Made by a program: the position numbers and the translations under genes | The notes under the pieces: generated by a model | Database searches by the model: none | Told to the model about the DNA's origin: nothing | Seen by the model: the letters and a program-made list of their open reading frames with translations, nothing else | Assembly (NCBI GenBank): GCA_034669905.1 | Contig: JAXMOL010000034.1 | Coordinates: 1-64,000, forward strand | From: Candidatus Hydrogenedentota bacterium | GTDB lineage: Bacteria > Hydrogenedentota > Hydrogenedentia > Hydrogenedentales > JAEUWI01 | Direction of reading: 5' to 3' | DNA: 64,000 nt | Shown: piece after piece, positions 8,673-17,931 of the stretch | Layout: each line of letters begins with the position of its first letter | Numbering within the stretch: position 1 is the stretch's first letter

Positions 8673-10175
8673 CTATTGCCCCAGCAACTCCGTGCTGTGA
8701 TCCACGTGCCGATTGTGGGGTGCCCGGAACTGAAAGTCACCCGGCACCTGCGTCGGATAGTCGTTGTTAAAGCACCCCAGGCAGAAATGCTCTCGCGCAC
8801 CGCCCGTTGCGGCCACGAGGGCATCAATCGGCAGGTAGGACAGGGTTTCAACGCCGAGATAGTCCCGAATCTCGTCCACCGTCATGTTGTGGGCGATGAG
8901 ACGGCTGGGATTGGGGGTATCAATGCCGTAGTGGCAGGAATTGATAATCTGGGGCGATGAGATCCGAAAGTGAATCTCCTTTGCGCCGTGGCTCCGAAGA
9001 ATCTTGATGATCTTTCGCGCCGTTGTACCGCGTACAATGCTATCGTCTACCAATACGATGCGCTTGCCCTCAATGGCACTGCGGCTGGGATTGAGCTTGA
9101 TCTTCACACCGAAATCCCGGATGCCCTGCTCAGGCTCGATGAAGGTGCGTCCCACATAGTGGTTACGGATAATTCCCATATCGAAGGGGATGCCCGATTC
9201 GTGGGCATAGCCCAGCGCGGCCGGATTCGAGGAGTCGGGCACGGCCATCACCACGTCCGCCTCTACGGGGGCGTGACGGGCCAGTTCACGGCCCATGTTC
9301 TTGCGCACTTCGTCTACGCTCGCGCCGAAAATGTCGCTGTCCGGACGGGAGACGTAAATATATTCGAAGATGCACTGTTTGGGTACCACCGGTTCAAAGG
9401 GGCGCTGGGTATGAACACCGTTGCGGTTGATGGTGACCACCTCGCCCGGCGCTATCTCGCGCACGCGCTCCGCATCGATGATATCGAGGGCGCACGTTTC
9501 ACTTGCGACAATGTAGCTGTCATCCAGCTTGCCGAGCCAAAGGGGGCGAAAGCCATAGGGGTCCCGGGCGGCGACAATCTCGTCGCCATCCATAATCACC
9601 ACCGAGTAGGCGCCCATGACATCCCGGAGGGCATCAATAACGCACTCGGTGAAGTTGTTGCCTTCTGACCGCGAGATACGATGTAGAATCACTTCGCTGT
9701 CAGTGGTGGACTGGAAGATGGCTCCTTTGTCTTCCAGTTCATCGCGGAGCACGCCGGCGTTTACGAGATTGCCATTGTGGGCCACCGCCATGGAACCACT
9801 GCGATAGTCAACGACCAGCGGCTGCACGTTCTTCAGATTGTTGTTGCCGAAGGTGGAGTAGCGCACATGGCCGATGCCCTGTGCTCCTTTCACCCGGGCC
9901 AGCTTGTGGGGGCGAAACACATCGGAAACCAGCCCCACGCCCCGGTGGGCACTGAGGGCACCTTCGTCGGCGCAGACGATACCAGCACCTTCCTGGCCCC
10001 GGTGCTGTAGCGAATAGAGTCCGAGATAGATCAGTCGGGCTGCTTCGGGATGGCCGTAGACGCCAAAGACGCCACACTCATCCCGCACCTGATCGTCATC
10101 ATCCCAGCCCTGCGGCCGGGGGAAATACTGGGGGGGCGGATTTTCAATCAGGGCGTCGAGTTGCGCTGCATCCAT
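8673..10175 (-). CDS. purF: Amidophosphoribosyltransferase
   Basis: DECGVFG, LQHRGQE, GHVRYST, HNGN, PRT motif VDDSIVRGTT, Fe-S cysteines. Confidence 0.97.
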   Translation of the reverse strand: MDAAQLDALIENPPPQYFPRPQGWDDDDQVRDECGVFGVYGHPEAARLIYLGLYSLQHRGQEGAGIVCADEGALSAHRGVGLVSDVFRPHKLARVKGAQGIGHVRYSTFGNNNLKNVQPLVVDYRSGSMAVAHNGNLVNAGVLRDELEDKGAIFQSTTDSEVILHRISRSEGNNFTECVIDALRDVMGAYSVVIMDGDEIVAARDPYGFRPLWLGKLDDSYIVASETCALDIIDAERVREIAPGEVVTINRNGVHTQRPFEPVVPKQCIFEYIYVSRPDSDIFGASVDEVRKNMGRELARHAPVEADVVMAVPDSSNPAALGYAHESGIPFDMGIIRNHYVGRTFIEPEQGIRDFGVKIKLNPSRSAIEGKRIVLVDDSIVRGTTARKIIKILRSHGAKEIHFRISSPQIINSCHYGIDTPNPSRLIAHNMTVDEIRDYLGVETLSYLPIDALVAATGGAREHFCLGCFNNDYPTQVPGDFQFRAPHNRHVDHSTELLGQ

Positions 10176-10178
10176 AGA

Positions 10179-11069
10179 CTAGAGGTCCTTTTTGCCGGTG
10201 AGCAAGGTGTAGGCTTCAAGGTACTTTGCACGCGTTTGGGCCACCACGTCTTCGGGCAGGGGCGGCTGTTCAGAATTCTTGTCCCAGCCGGTGCTCGAGA
10301 GATAGTCGCGGACAAATTGCTTGTCAAAACTAGGTTGGGGTTCACCCGCCCGATAGGTCGCTGCCGGCCAGAAGCGGGAGGAGTCGGGCGTCAGTACCTC
10401 ATCGGCAAGCACCAGTTCCCCGTCAAGCGTTCCGAATTCAAACTTCGTGTCACAGAGAATGATACCACGCTCGGCCGCAATCTCCTGCCCACGATGGTAG
10501 ACGGCGAGGGCTGCCTCGGAGGCCCGGGTGTTCCAGGACTCCCCGATAATCTCGGCAGCCTTTTCGGGACTGATGTTGATGTCGTGCCCGTCGGTGGCTT
10601 TGGTTGCCGGGGTGTAGAGGGGCGAGGGGAGCTTACTGGACTCTACCAGGCCTTCGGGCAATGGAATGTCACAGACCGTGCCGGCCGTAGTGTATTCCTT
10701 CAGCCCGCTTCCAGCCAGGTAGCCGCGGATGACGAATTCCACGGGGAACATATCGCACTTTTTCACCAGCATGGAGCGCCCCGCGAAGACCTCCGGGGCT
10801 GCCTGGAATTCGGCGGGAAAATCTGCGATATCCGCCGAGATAAGATGATTGGGGACGAGGTCCTTAATCTGCTCAAACCAGAACAAGGAGATTTGGGTCA
10901 GTATACGCCCCTTGTCAGGAATGCCGACGGGATTGACCCAGTCAAAGGCCGATATCCGGTCTGTGGCAACCAACAAGAGCGTATCGCCCAGATCATAGAG
11001 GTCGCGCACCTTGCCTCGCGCCGTTGGCGCGCGATCGGGTAGGGAAGTCTCTACTACCGCATGACTCAT
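10179..11069 (-). CDS. purC: SAICAR synthetase
   Basis: RGKVRDLY, ATDRISAFD, DTKFEFG, DEVLTPDSSRFW; start placed at ATG 11069. Confidence 0.97.
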   Translation of the reverse strand: MSHAVVETSLPDRAPTARGKVRDLYDLGDTLLLVATDRISAFDWVNPVGIPDKGRILTQISLFWFEQIKDLVPNHLISADIADFPAEFQAAPEVFAGRSMLVKKCDMFPVEFVIRGYLAGSGLKEYTTAGTVCDIPLPEGLVESSKLPSPLYTPATKATDGHDINISPEKAAEIIGESWNTRASEAALAVYHRGQEIAAERGIILCDTKFEFGTLDGELVLADEVLTPDSSRFWPAATYRAGEPQPSFDKQFVRDYLSSTGWDKNSEQPPLPEDVVAQTRAKYLEAYTLLTGKKDL

Positions 11070-11179
11070 ATAAAGCTCCACGCAACGACGTTGCGTTGTC
11101 ACCCGAATATCGGGGTGAGGACAAGTATCCTGCTGGGTACGGGGGGATCACCTCCCATACCATTGCTTAGCGGCTAGTG

Positions 11180-12463
11180 TTAGAAAAACGTACCCTGTAG
11201 GTGGGCTTTGTTTACTTCCAACAGGTCGTCGAGCAAGGCGCGGCAACCGGAGGCATTCGGCGTCAGCGGGTTAAGAAGCAAGGCCTGGAAAGCTTTCTCA
11301 CGGTCTCCCGTGACCGCGGCTTCCACGGTCATCGTTTCATAGGCCTTTACCTGCTGCATCAAACCACGAATGATGGGCGCAGGCGCTTCCTGGGGAATGG
11401 CCTGGGCACCGTCTTTACCAATGATGGCGCTGACTTCCACCGAAATATCATCGTCGAAGGTGGGGATTGCACCGTTGTTCCGGCAGCATACAATCTGGCG
11501 ATTCTGCCGGTCATTTTCGATGCCGTCGATGAGATAGAACGCGGCGGTTGAGTAGTGGGCTCCACCCCGTTTGCCCAGCTCTTCGGGCTTCTCATTCAGG
11601 TTGGGATCGGCGTATTTCTTGAACAACGCCGCCTCAATCTCAAGGACTTCTTCGCCCCGGGTCTTGTCTTTCTGCTTGATGGTTTCCAGCGCGGTATCCG
11701 TGGAGTAGAAATACTGCAGGTAGTAGTTGCAGAACATGCCCAGGCTCGACATGGCCGTAATCATGTTGTCCCGGGTTACTTCATGTTCCCACTCGGAACG
11801 GGCGTTCTCAAAAAACTTCTCGAGCACCCCGGCCGTGATGTCTTCGCCGGATTTGGTGAACTTGCGGACCCAGGAGAGGTGGTTCAGGCCCACATAGTCC
11901 AACTCGATGTCCGAAACTTCGCCACCGAAATATTTGATGGTTTCCATGATCATGCCGATGGGCACGTTGCAGAGGCCGACGCTCTTGATCTTGCTGTGCT
12001 TCAGCACGGCTTCCGTCACGATACCGGCGGGATTGGTGAAATTCAGCAAGTAGCCGTCGGGAGCCAATTCTTCCATGGCATGGGCTACTTCCAGGATGCG
12101 CGGGATGGTGCGCAGCGCGCAGGCGAAGCCACCAACACCGGTCGTTTCCTGACCCACGATGTTGTGGCGCAGTCCGAGGCGCTCGTCTTCGATACGGGCC
12201 TGCATCTGCCCTACCCGGATCTGGGTGATTACGTATTTGGCACCGGTGACGGCTTCACGCATGTCGTTGGTCGTGTGAACCGTGAAAGGATCGCCGTGGC
12301 GCGCCGCCATACGACGGGCAAAGTCCGCATTGATCTGCAGACGGGCATCGTCCAGATCCATCATCCACACTTCCGATACGGGGATGGAATCCAACCGGGA
12401 AAACAGGCCGTCAAGGAGTTCGGGGGTGTAGGAACTGCCGCCCCCGATGATGGTGAACTTCAT
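11180..12463 (-). CDS. Glycoside hydrolase family 4, 6-phospho-beta-glucosidase
   Basis: IGGGSSYTPE, GQETTGVGG, NFTNP, GLCNVP, GLNH, RGGAHYS. Confidence 0.93.
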   Translation of the reverse strand: MKFTIIGGGSSYTPELLDGLFSRLDSIPVSEVWMMDLDDARLQINADFARRMAARHGDPFTVHTTNDMREAVTGAKYVITQIRVGQMQARIEDERLGLRHNIVGQETTGVGGFACALRTIPRILEVAHAMEELAPDGYLLNFTNPAGIVTEAVLKHSKIKSVGLCNVPIGMIMETIKYFGGEVSDIELDYVGLNHLSWVRKFTKSGEDITAGVLEKFFENARSEWEHEVTRDNMITAMSSLGMFCNYYLQYFYSTDTALETIKQKDKTRGEEVLEIEAALFKKYADPNLNEKPEELGKRGGAHYSTAAFYLIDGIENDRQNRQIVCCRNNGAIPTFDDDISVEVSAIIGKDGAQAIPQEAPAPIIRGLMQQVKAYETMTVEAAVTGDREKAFQALLLNPLTPNASGCRALLDDLLEVNKAHLQGTFF

Positions 12464-12858
12464 GCTAGGTACCTCTGTTGGGTTCGTGATGTGATAAGGA
12501 CCGTATTACTGGTGGAATGGGGAACCACAAGACCACCGATTCCGTCGCGTGCGCCGTTGTTAACATCGAAATCTTCCAAGGGAACACCCGACAGATTAAC
12601 CAGGGACGAATTCGCGTCCGAATGAGATGTTGACGGGTACGGGCGCACGCCACGCCCACGACAGCCCCGATCATAGCGATCGGTCCCGCTCGAAGTCAAT
12701 TCCGTGGGGTCAAAAAGGGATATTTCCCGGTGAAACGGTGGATTTATCCCCTGCTCCCCTGAGTTAAATTCGAGAAAAGTTGGACTTTTACGCCTTTGTC
12801 ACGTTAACCTTCTAAGAGAGCGTCTGGGAGGAAATAAACCGATGGACTTGTTCAAGCC

Positions 12859-14010
12859 TTGTTAATCGTTCAGCTTGTCGGATATGCCCTGTTGATCCCC
12901 TTTTTTGGATGGGGTATTTACCTCCTTCGGAGAAGATTCCTCTACTACGAGGAAAGCACCGTTACGCTGGAATTGCTCACGGTCTTGTTCGTTGGGTTCT
13001 TCTTCTGGGTGGAGACCTTGGTACTGCGCCAGGCCTTGACGGGCCAACTCCTTCTATACCTCGCGGCCATACTCGGGTTGAGCATGGCCGGTTTCGCCCT
13101 CTACGCCCATGTCTTCATTTCTCTGCTCTCCCGCGTGGTCGTCGATATGGTGGCCCCGGGACAAGACACCGCCATCGATCAGCCCCGATTCGGACCGGTC
13201 GAGGCCCTGGAACGACAGGGAGACTACGATGCCGCCTTGGGAGAATACCTTGTTCTCGCGCGCATTTACCCACGGAATGTGGAGGTCTTGAGTCGGACGG
13301 CCAACATTCACGTGGCACTGGACCGTCCAGTGGAGGCGGTAGAGTGGTATCTGCGGGCGCGCAAACGGGCCAATCGGGCGGACGATGCCCTGGAAGTCGT
13401 TAACAGCCTGTGCCGTCTATACGATAGCGAGTTGGATGCGGCCGATAAAGCAGACTATCAACTCGCGCAGTTTATCCGCGACTTCCCCGACTCACCCGAT
13501 GTGGATATCGTGCGTGATCGCCTCAGTCGGCGCGCCGACAAGACGGATTGGAGCGTTTCGGATTTTCTGGAGGCCATGGACAGCGATTCGGATATCGTGG
13601 AAGTTGGTGAGGCTCCCGGGGATGTGCTGGCCACGGAAGATGAGGGAACCGCACCGTCGGTGCCCGTAGAACTCGTTTCTCTCGAAGCAGCTGGTGCTGC
13701 GGAGCGGGAAGAAAAGGCCGTGGAAGACGTGATATCCGCCCCGGTGAAAAACAAACCGGAGAAGCCGCGCGCAGCCCTGGACCGGCTGGACGATCGGGTT
13801 CCCCCGAGTGGGCCCACGGATACACCGAAGGCGAAAGCGAAAAAGAAAAGCAAGTCAAAAAAGACCGCAACGTTGGAGAAGCGTTCGTCCTCTGCCCTCG
13901 AATCGCTGGACAGGCTGCCACGGGAGAAGGCTCCCCTGCCGCCGGAGCAACCGGCGAAAAAGAAGACGCCCGGACTGGGGCTTGAGCCCCTGGATGACCG
14001 GGATTCGTGA
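12859..14010 (+). CDS. Membrane protein with TPR-like repeats and low-complexity C-terminus
   Basis: Three N-terminal TM segments, helical TPR-like region, Lys/Pro/Glu-rich tail. Confidence 0.7.
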   Translation: MLIVQLVGYALLIPFFGWGIYLLRRRFLYYEESTVTLELLTVLFVGFFFWVETLVLRQALTGQLLLYLAAILGLSMAGFALYAHVFISLLSRVVVDMVAPGQDTAIDQPRFGPVEALERQGDYDAALGEYLVLARIYPRNVEVLSRTANIHVALDRPVEAVEWYLRARKRANRADDALEVVNSLCRLYDSELDAADKADYQLAQFIRDFPDSPDVDIVRDRLSRRADKTDWSVSDFLEAMDSDSDIVEVGEAPGDVLATEDEGTAPSVPVELVSLEAAGAAEREEKAVEDVISAPVKNKPEKPRAALDRLDDRVPPSGPTDTPKAKAKKKSKSKKTATLEKRSSSALESLDRLPREKAPLPPEQPAKKKTPGLGLEPLDDRDS

Positions 14011-14015
14011 GGCGG

Positions 14016-14462
14016 TTATTCGCGTACCGGCTCCGGTGCGGTGCCGGGTTCTTCTGGCATCTTGGTGTGAATAATAAGCTTTTCCGCGCCCGTCTTGCGG
14101 GCGATATCGATGACGGCCACAAAATCCGCGTAGTCAGCCTCCCCGTCTGCCGTGAGCGCCATGCGGGCATCGGGTTCTTCCTGAAGTAGGCGGGTAAGCG
14201 CTTCTTCCAAGCCGGCCAGTTCCAGGCCCTCCTGCCCATCGAAACTGATGGTGCCATCACCCGTGATAAAGATGTCGTGGGGTGCCTCCTGCTGGCTGGT
14301 GGCCGTGGCGGCTGCGGGCAAGGTGATGTCGAGGCCGATGGTGTCCCGGAACACCGAGGAGACCATAAAGAAAATCAGGAGGAGAAACATTACGTCGATG
14401 AGGGACGTAATGTTGATGACGGGTTGTCGCCGCTTCTGTGGTCGTCCGAAGGCATTATTCAT
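14016..14462 (-). CDS. exbD: ExbD/TolR biopolymer transport protein
   Basis: INITSLIDVMFLLLIFFMV, LPAA, ADGEADY; start could be GTG 14489. Confidence 0.9.
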   Translation of the reverse strand: MNNAFGRPQKRRQPVINITSLIDVMFLLLIFFMVSSVFRDTIGLDITLPAAATATSQQEAPHDIFITGDGTISFDGQEGLELAGLEEALTRLLQEEPDARMALTADGEADYADFVAVIDIARKTGAEKLIIHTKMPEEPGTAPEPVRE

Positions 14463-14680
14463 GGGGTGTTCATAATCCTTTGTGCCCACCGTGAGGAAGT
14501 GGCTCCCTCTTCAGAGTGCCACACATCCGATGCGCTATTGTATTCCACGGGGGCGGAGTGCCTCAACTCTCGACGCCATTCTACGATGCTTTGTTTGCGA
14601 AATCTTTACAAATCAGGTAAACTTCCGTCGATTGGCGTATTGGAGGGAAATAACAATGCATACGGCTTCGGGGATCTGAA

Positions 14681-15619
14681 TTGGAACAATTCTCTGTCTG
14701 TGTCGCAGAAGACTGTGCGGATGAAAACGATCTGTTGTGCATGGGTCTGCGCTTAAATAACTATCGTGCCCTCTCGGCCTACACCGGGCAGGAAGCCCTC
14801 GATCTGTGCCGTAACGGCAAGGTTGATGTGGTGTTGCTTGATGTCGAGTTGCCGGACATGGACGGCTATGAAGTATGCCGCCAATTGAAGGCGGATCCGT
14901 CGACGGCCGAGATTCCGGTGATATTTATTACGGCCCACAATGATGCAGAAAACGTGATTCAAGGGTATAATCTAGGTGCGTGCGACTTTATTGGCAAGCC
15001 CTTCAATTTGCCCATTGTGATGATACGGATCGAGGCCATAATGCGAACAATGCAATCCGGGGATGATATCCCCCCCTCCGATGATATGTTTGATCCCGCC
15101 TATACCGACCAACTCACCGGGCTTCGAAACAGTCGTTTCCTGCTGGAGCGGCTCCAGGAAGAGGTGGAGAAGGCCCACCGCTATGATTACCCGGTTTCCT
15201 GTCTGGTGCTGGATGTAGACGACACCAAGGCCCTGGATGCCGAGTTGGGCACGGCGGCCCTCGACGATGTGCTCGTTGAAGTGGCGATGGCCATGCGCAA
15301 CAGTTCGCGCACCTACGATATTCTGGCGCGCTACGACGGTGCGCTCTTTGCCGCCGTACTCCCCCACGCCCTCATCGAAGAGGCCGTGCGCTATGCGCAG
15401 AAGATTAACGAAGAAATCAGCACAACGACCTTTAATGACCCTTGCTGCCCGACCCATGCCAACCTTCGTTTCGGCATCGTATCGTGTCGGAATGGTGCCG
15501 CCAAGGGCGCGGATCATATTCTGGGTGAGGCCATGCGCGGTCTTCTCAAGGCCAAGAGCTACGATGACAAAAGTCTCCATGCGAAGGACCTCAATACCCA
15601 GACCGAATCGAGTTTCTGA
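14681..15619 (+). CDS. Response regulator with degenerate GGDEF domain
   Basis: REC (LLDVELPDMDG, FITA, KPF); DQLTGL, LDVD, RTYD I-site; GGDEF replaced by DGALF. Confidence 0.88.
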   Translation: MEQFSVCVAEDCADENDLLCMGLRLNNYRALSAYTGQEALDLCRNGKVDVVLLDVELPDMDGYEVCRQLKADPSTAEIPVIFITAHNDAENVIQGYNLGACDFIGKPFNLPIVMIRIEAIMRTMQSGDDIPPSDDMFDPAYTDQLTGLRNSRFLLERLQEEVEKAHRYDYPVSCLVLDVDDTKALDAELGTAALDDVLVEVAMAMRNSSRTYDILARYDGALFAAVLPHALIEEAVRYAQKINEEISTTTFNDPCCPTHANLRFGIVSCRNGAAKGADHILGEAMRGLLKAKSYDDKSLHAKDLNTQTESSF

Positions 15620-15636
15620 AGACCCCTTTCAGAAAA

Positions 15637-15682
15637 GAATGCCCCGTAGCAGCCGAGGTTGCTATGGGGCGTTCGTGTTTTT
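15637..15682. terminator. Probable bidirectional terminator
   Basis: gaatgccccgtagca...tgctatggggcgttc hairpin between convergent genes. Confidence 0.65.
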
Positions 15683-15701
15683 GGTATGGTGTGCTGGATG
15701 C

Positions 15702-16982
15702 TTAGAGGTGCCGAAAGGCCTTCTGACCAATATCGGTGCGGAACTGCGCCCCGTCAAAATGGATTTTCTTCACGCCCGCATAGGCTTTTTCCAGGGTCTC
15801 TTTTAAGGTGGCGGCTCGGGCCGTCACCGCCAGTACACGCCCGCCTGTCGTGACCAGTTCCCCGTCCACCAGGCCGGTGCCCGCGTGGAATACCTGGGTG
15901 TCGGCTTCCGCCTCGGCTTCGTCGATTCCCGTGATGACCCGACCCTTCGGGTAACTCGCGGGGTAACCCTCGCTGGCCATCACCACCGTGGCGCAGGTTT
16001 CCGCCGTATAGTCCAGGGCGATGGTGTCCAACGTGCCGGTACAACACGCGCGCACGATTTCCACCAGATCACTCGTGAGACGGGGCAAGACCACCTGGGT
16101 TTCCGGATCGCCGAAGCGACAGTTAAACTCGACGACTTCAGGGCCTTTTTTCGTGATCATGAGGCCCGCGTAGAGCACACCGATATAGGGCGAGCCATCG
16201 GCGGCCATTCCTGCGACGCAGGGGTCCAGGATTTTTTCTTGTATGGTCTTCATTAACGCATCGGTGACGACAGGCGCAGGTGAATAGGCCCCCATTCCGC
16301 CGGTGTTCGGGCCCTGGTCACCATCCAGGGCCGCCTTGTGGTCCTGGCTGGAAGCCATGGGAACCACGGTCTTGCCATCGGAAAAGGCGAGGATAGACGC
16401 CTCTTCCCCATCCAGGAAACCTTCGATGATGATTTGATTGCCGGCATCACCGAATACGCCGGTAACCATGGCATCATCAATAGCCTGCAGGGCTGTCTCC
16501 TTGTCCATGGCGACGGTCACCCCTTTACCTGCGGCCAGACCGTCTGCCTTGACGACCAGGGGGGCACCGACGGATTCCACGTAGGCTTTGGCCGCTGCCG
16601 CATCGCTGAAGGCGGCATAGGGGGCCGTGGGGATGTCGTGACGGGCCATGAACTCTTTGGCGAAGGCCTTGCTCGCCTCCAGTCGTGCAGCCGCCTGGCA
16701 GGGGCCGAAGACCATGGCACCGGTGTCGGCCAGCGCATCGACGATACCTGCGGCCAACGGAGCTTCCGGTCCGACGAGGACCATCTCGATATTCTTCTCC
16801 CGCACCAACTGCTTCACGGCATCGAAGTCTTCCGCGTCTACGGGCAGACACGTTGCCTTATCCAGCTGGGCCATGCCCGGATTGCCCGGCGCGCAGTAGA
16901 TGGTGTCAGCAAGTGGACTCTGGGCCGCTTTCCAGGCCATGGCGTGCTCACGGCCGCCACCACCGAGTACGAGAATATTCAT
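15702..16982 (-). CDS. purD: Phosphoribosylamine-glycine ligase
   Basis: GGGGREHA, APGNPG, KADGLAAGKGV, GPNTGGMGAYSP, EFNCRFGDPE. Confidence 0.97.
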   Translation of the reverse strand: MNILVLGGGGREHAMAWKAAQSPLADTIYCAPGNPGMAQLDKATCLPVDAEDFDAVKQLVREKNIEMVLVGPEAPLAAGIVDALADTGAMVFGPCQAAARLEASKAFAKEFMARHDIPTAPYAAFSDAAAAKAYVESVGAPLVVKADGLAAGKGVTVAMDKETALQAIDDAMVTGVFGDAGNQIIIEGFLDGEEASILAFSDGKTVVPMASSQDHKAALDGDQGPNTGGMGAYSPAPVVTDALMKTIQEKILDPCVAGMAADGSPYIGVLYAGLMITKKGPEVVEFNCRFGDPETQVVLPRLTSDLVEIVRACCTGTLDTIALDYTAETCATVVMASEGYPASYPKGRVITGIDEAEAEADTQVFHAGTGLVDGELVTTGGRVLAVTARAATLKETLEKAYAGVKKIHFDGAQFRTDIGQKAFRHL

Positions 16983-17094
16983 GGGGATTCCTTGTAAGTC
17001 AGTAAGAGGTCAGTCCACCCGCAGGCAAAATCCGCTGCCCGGTGAGACACGTACGGAGCTGCCCGTCTGGGGGACATAATTCATCGGTTTCGGA

Positions 17095-17700
17095 CTATTC
17101 CGCGGGGGGCTCGGTCTCGCGCAGGAATTCGGCGATGGAGTGGTCATAATCGGCCGTAAACGCGAAAGCATCCTGGGCAAGGCGATACCGGGTGGCGAAC
17201 GTGATTTCACCGTCGTGGGCACGGAGCTCGTGCATGACCGACGCATAACGCTCGGGATTGACCACACTGGTCACGTAGCGAAAATTCTTTGCGGCGGACC
17301 GAATCATGGCAATGCCGCCAATGTCGGCCTGATTCACTATTTCTTCCGTCGAAATGCCGGGTTGACTCAAGATGGAGCTCATGGGCTGTACATTGACAAC
17401 CAGCAAGTCTATCCACTCCATTTCATAGGACTGCATCTGCTCGCAGTGTATTTTGTTGTCCCGAATGCCGAGCAAGCCGGCGTGGACCTTCGGGTGCAGG
17501 GATTTAACCCGCCCCCCCATGAGTTCCGGGACCCCGGTGAAGTCTTCGATACTGGTCGCCGCAATATTGGCGTCGCGGAGGACACGGAGCGTGCCCGAGG
17601 TGCTGATGAGCTCCACACCGTATTCCGATAGCACCGATGCCATTTCGACGATGCCCGTTTTATCGTGACAGCTCAACAAGGCGCGTTTCACAGCAGGCAT
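17095..17700 (-). CDS. Stand-alone IMP cyclohydrolase (MGS-like) domain of PurH
   Basis: RALLS, DKTG, GRVKSLHP, DIGG, AAKN; ends after TADYD with no transformylase domain. Confidence 0.85.
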   Translation of the reverse strand: MPAVKRALLSCHDKTGIVEMASVLSEYGVELISTSGTLRVLRDANIAATSIEDFTGVPELMGGRVKSLHPKVHAGLLGIRDNKIHCEQMQSYEMEWIDLLVVNVQPMSSILSQPGISTEEIVNQADIGGIAMIRSAAKNFRYVTSVVNPERYASVMHELRAHDGEITFATRYRLAQDAFAFTADYDHSIAEFLRETEPPAE

Positions 17701-17931
17701 GGTATACCCTCCCGTTATCAATTAGCTGGGATACGTAAAGTAAAAGGAAACAAATGATACGCCATCGACGACGAAATGTCGAATTCCTGCGGGAGAAATC
17801 ACCGGGTGCTGTGTCGCACCGTTGAAAATCAGGCGATGGTCTGCGCGCCAGAGTTTGTTTTTGGACAGACACCCTACTAGAATTGGACTCCATAGGCTTG
17901 GGCTGTTCAACGGGAAAGGAGCGGGGATATC

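Noticed and set aside
16983..17930. ZMP/ZTP or purine riboswitch near purH/purD
   Set aside because: I could not find the conserved aptamer motifs in either intergenic region
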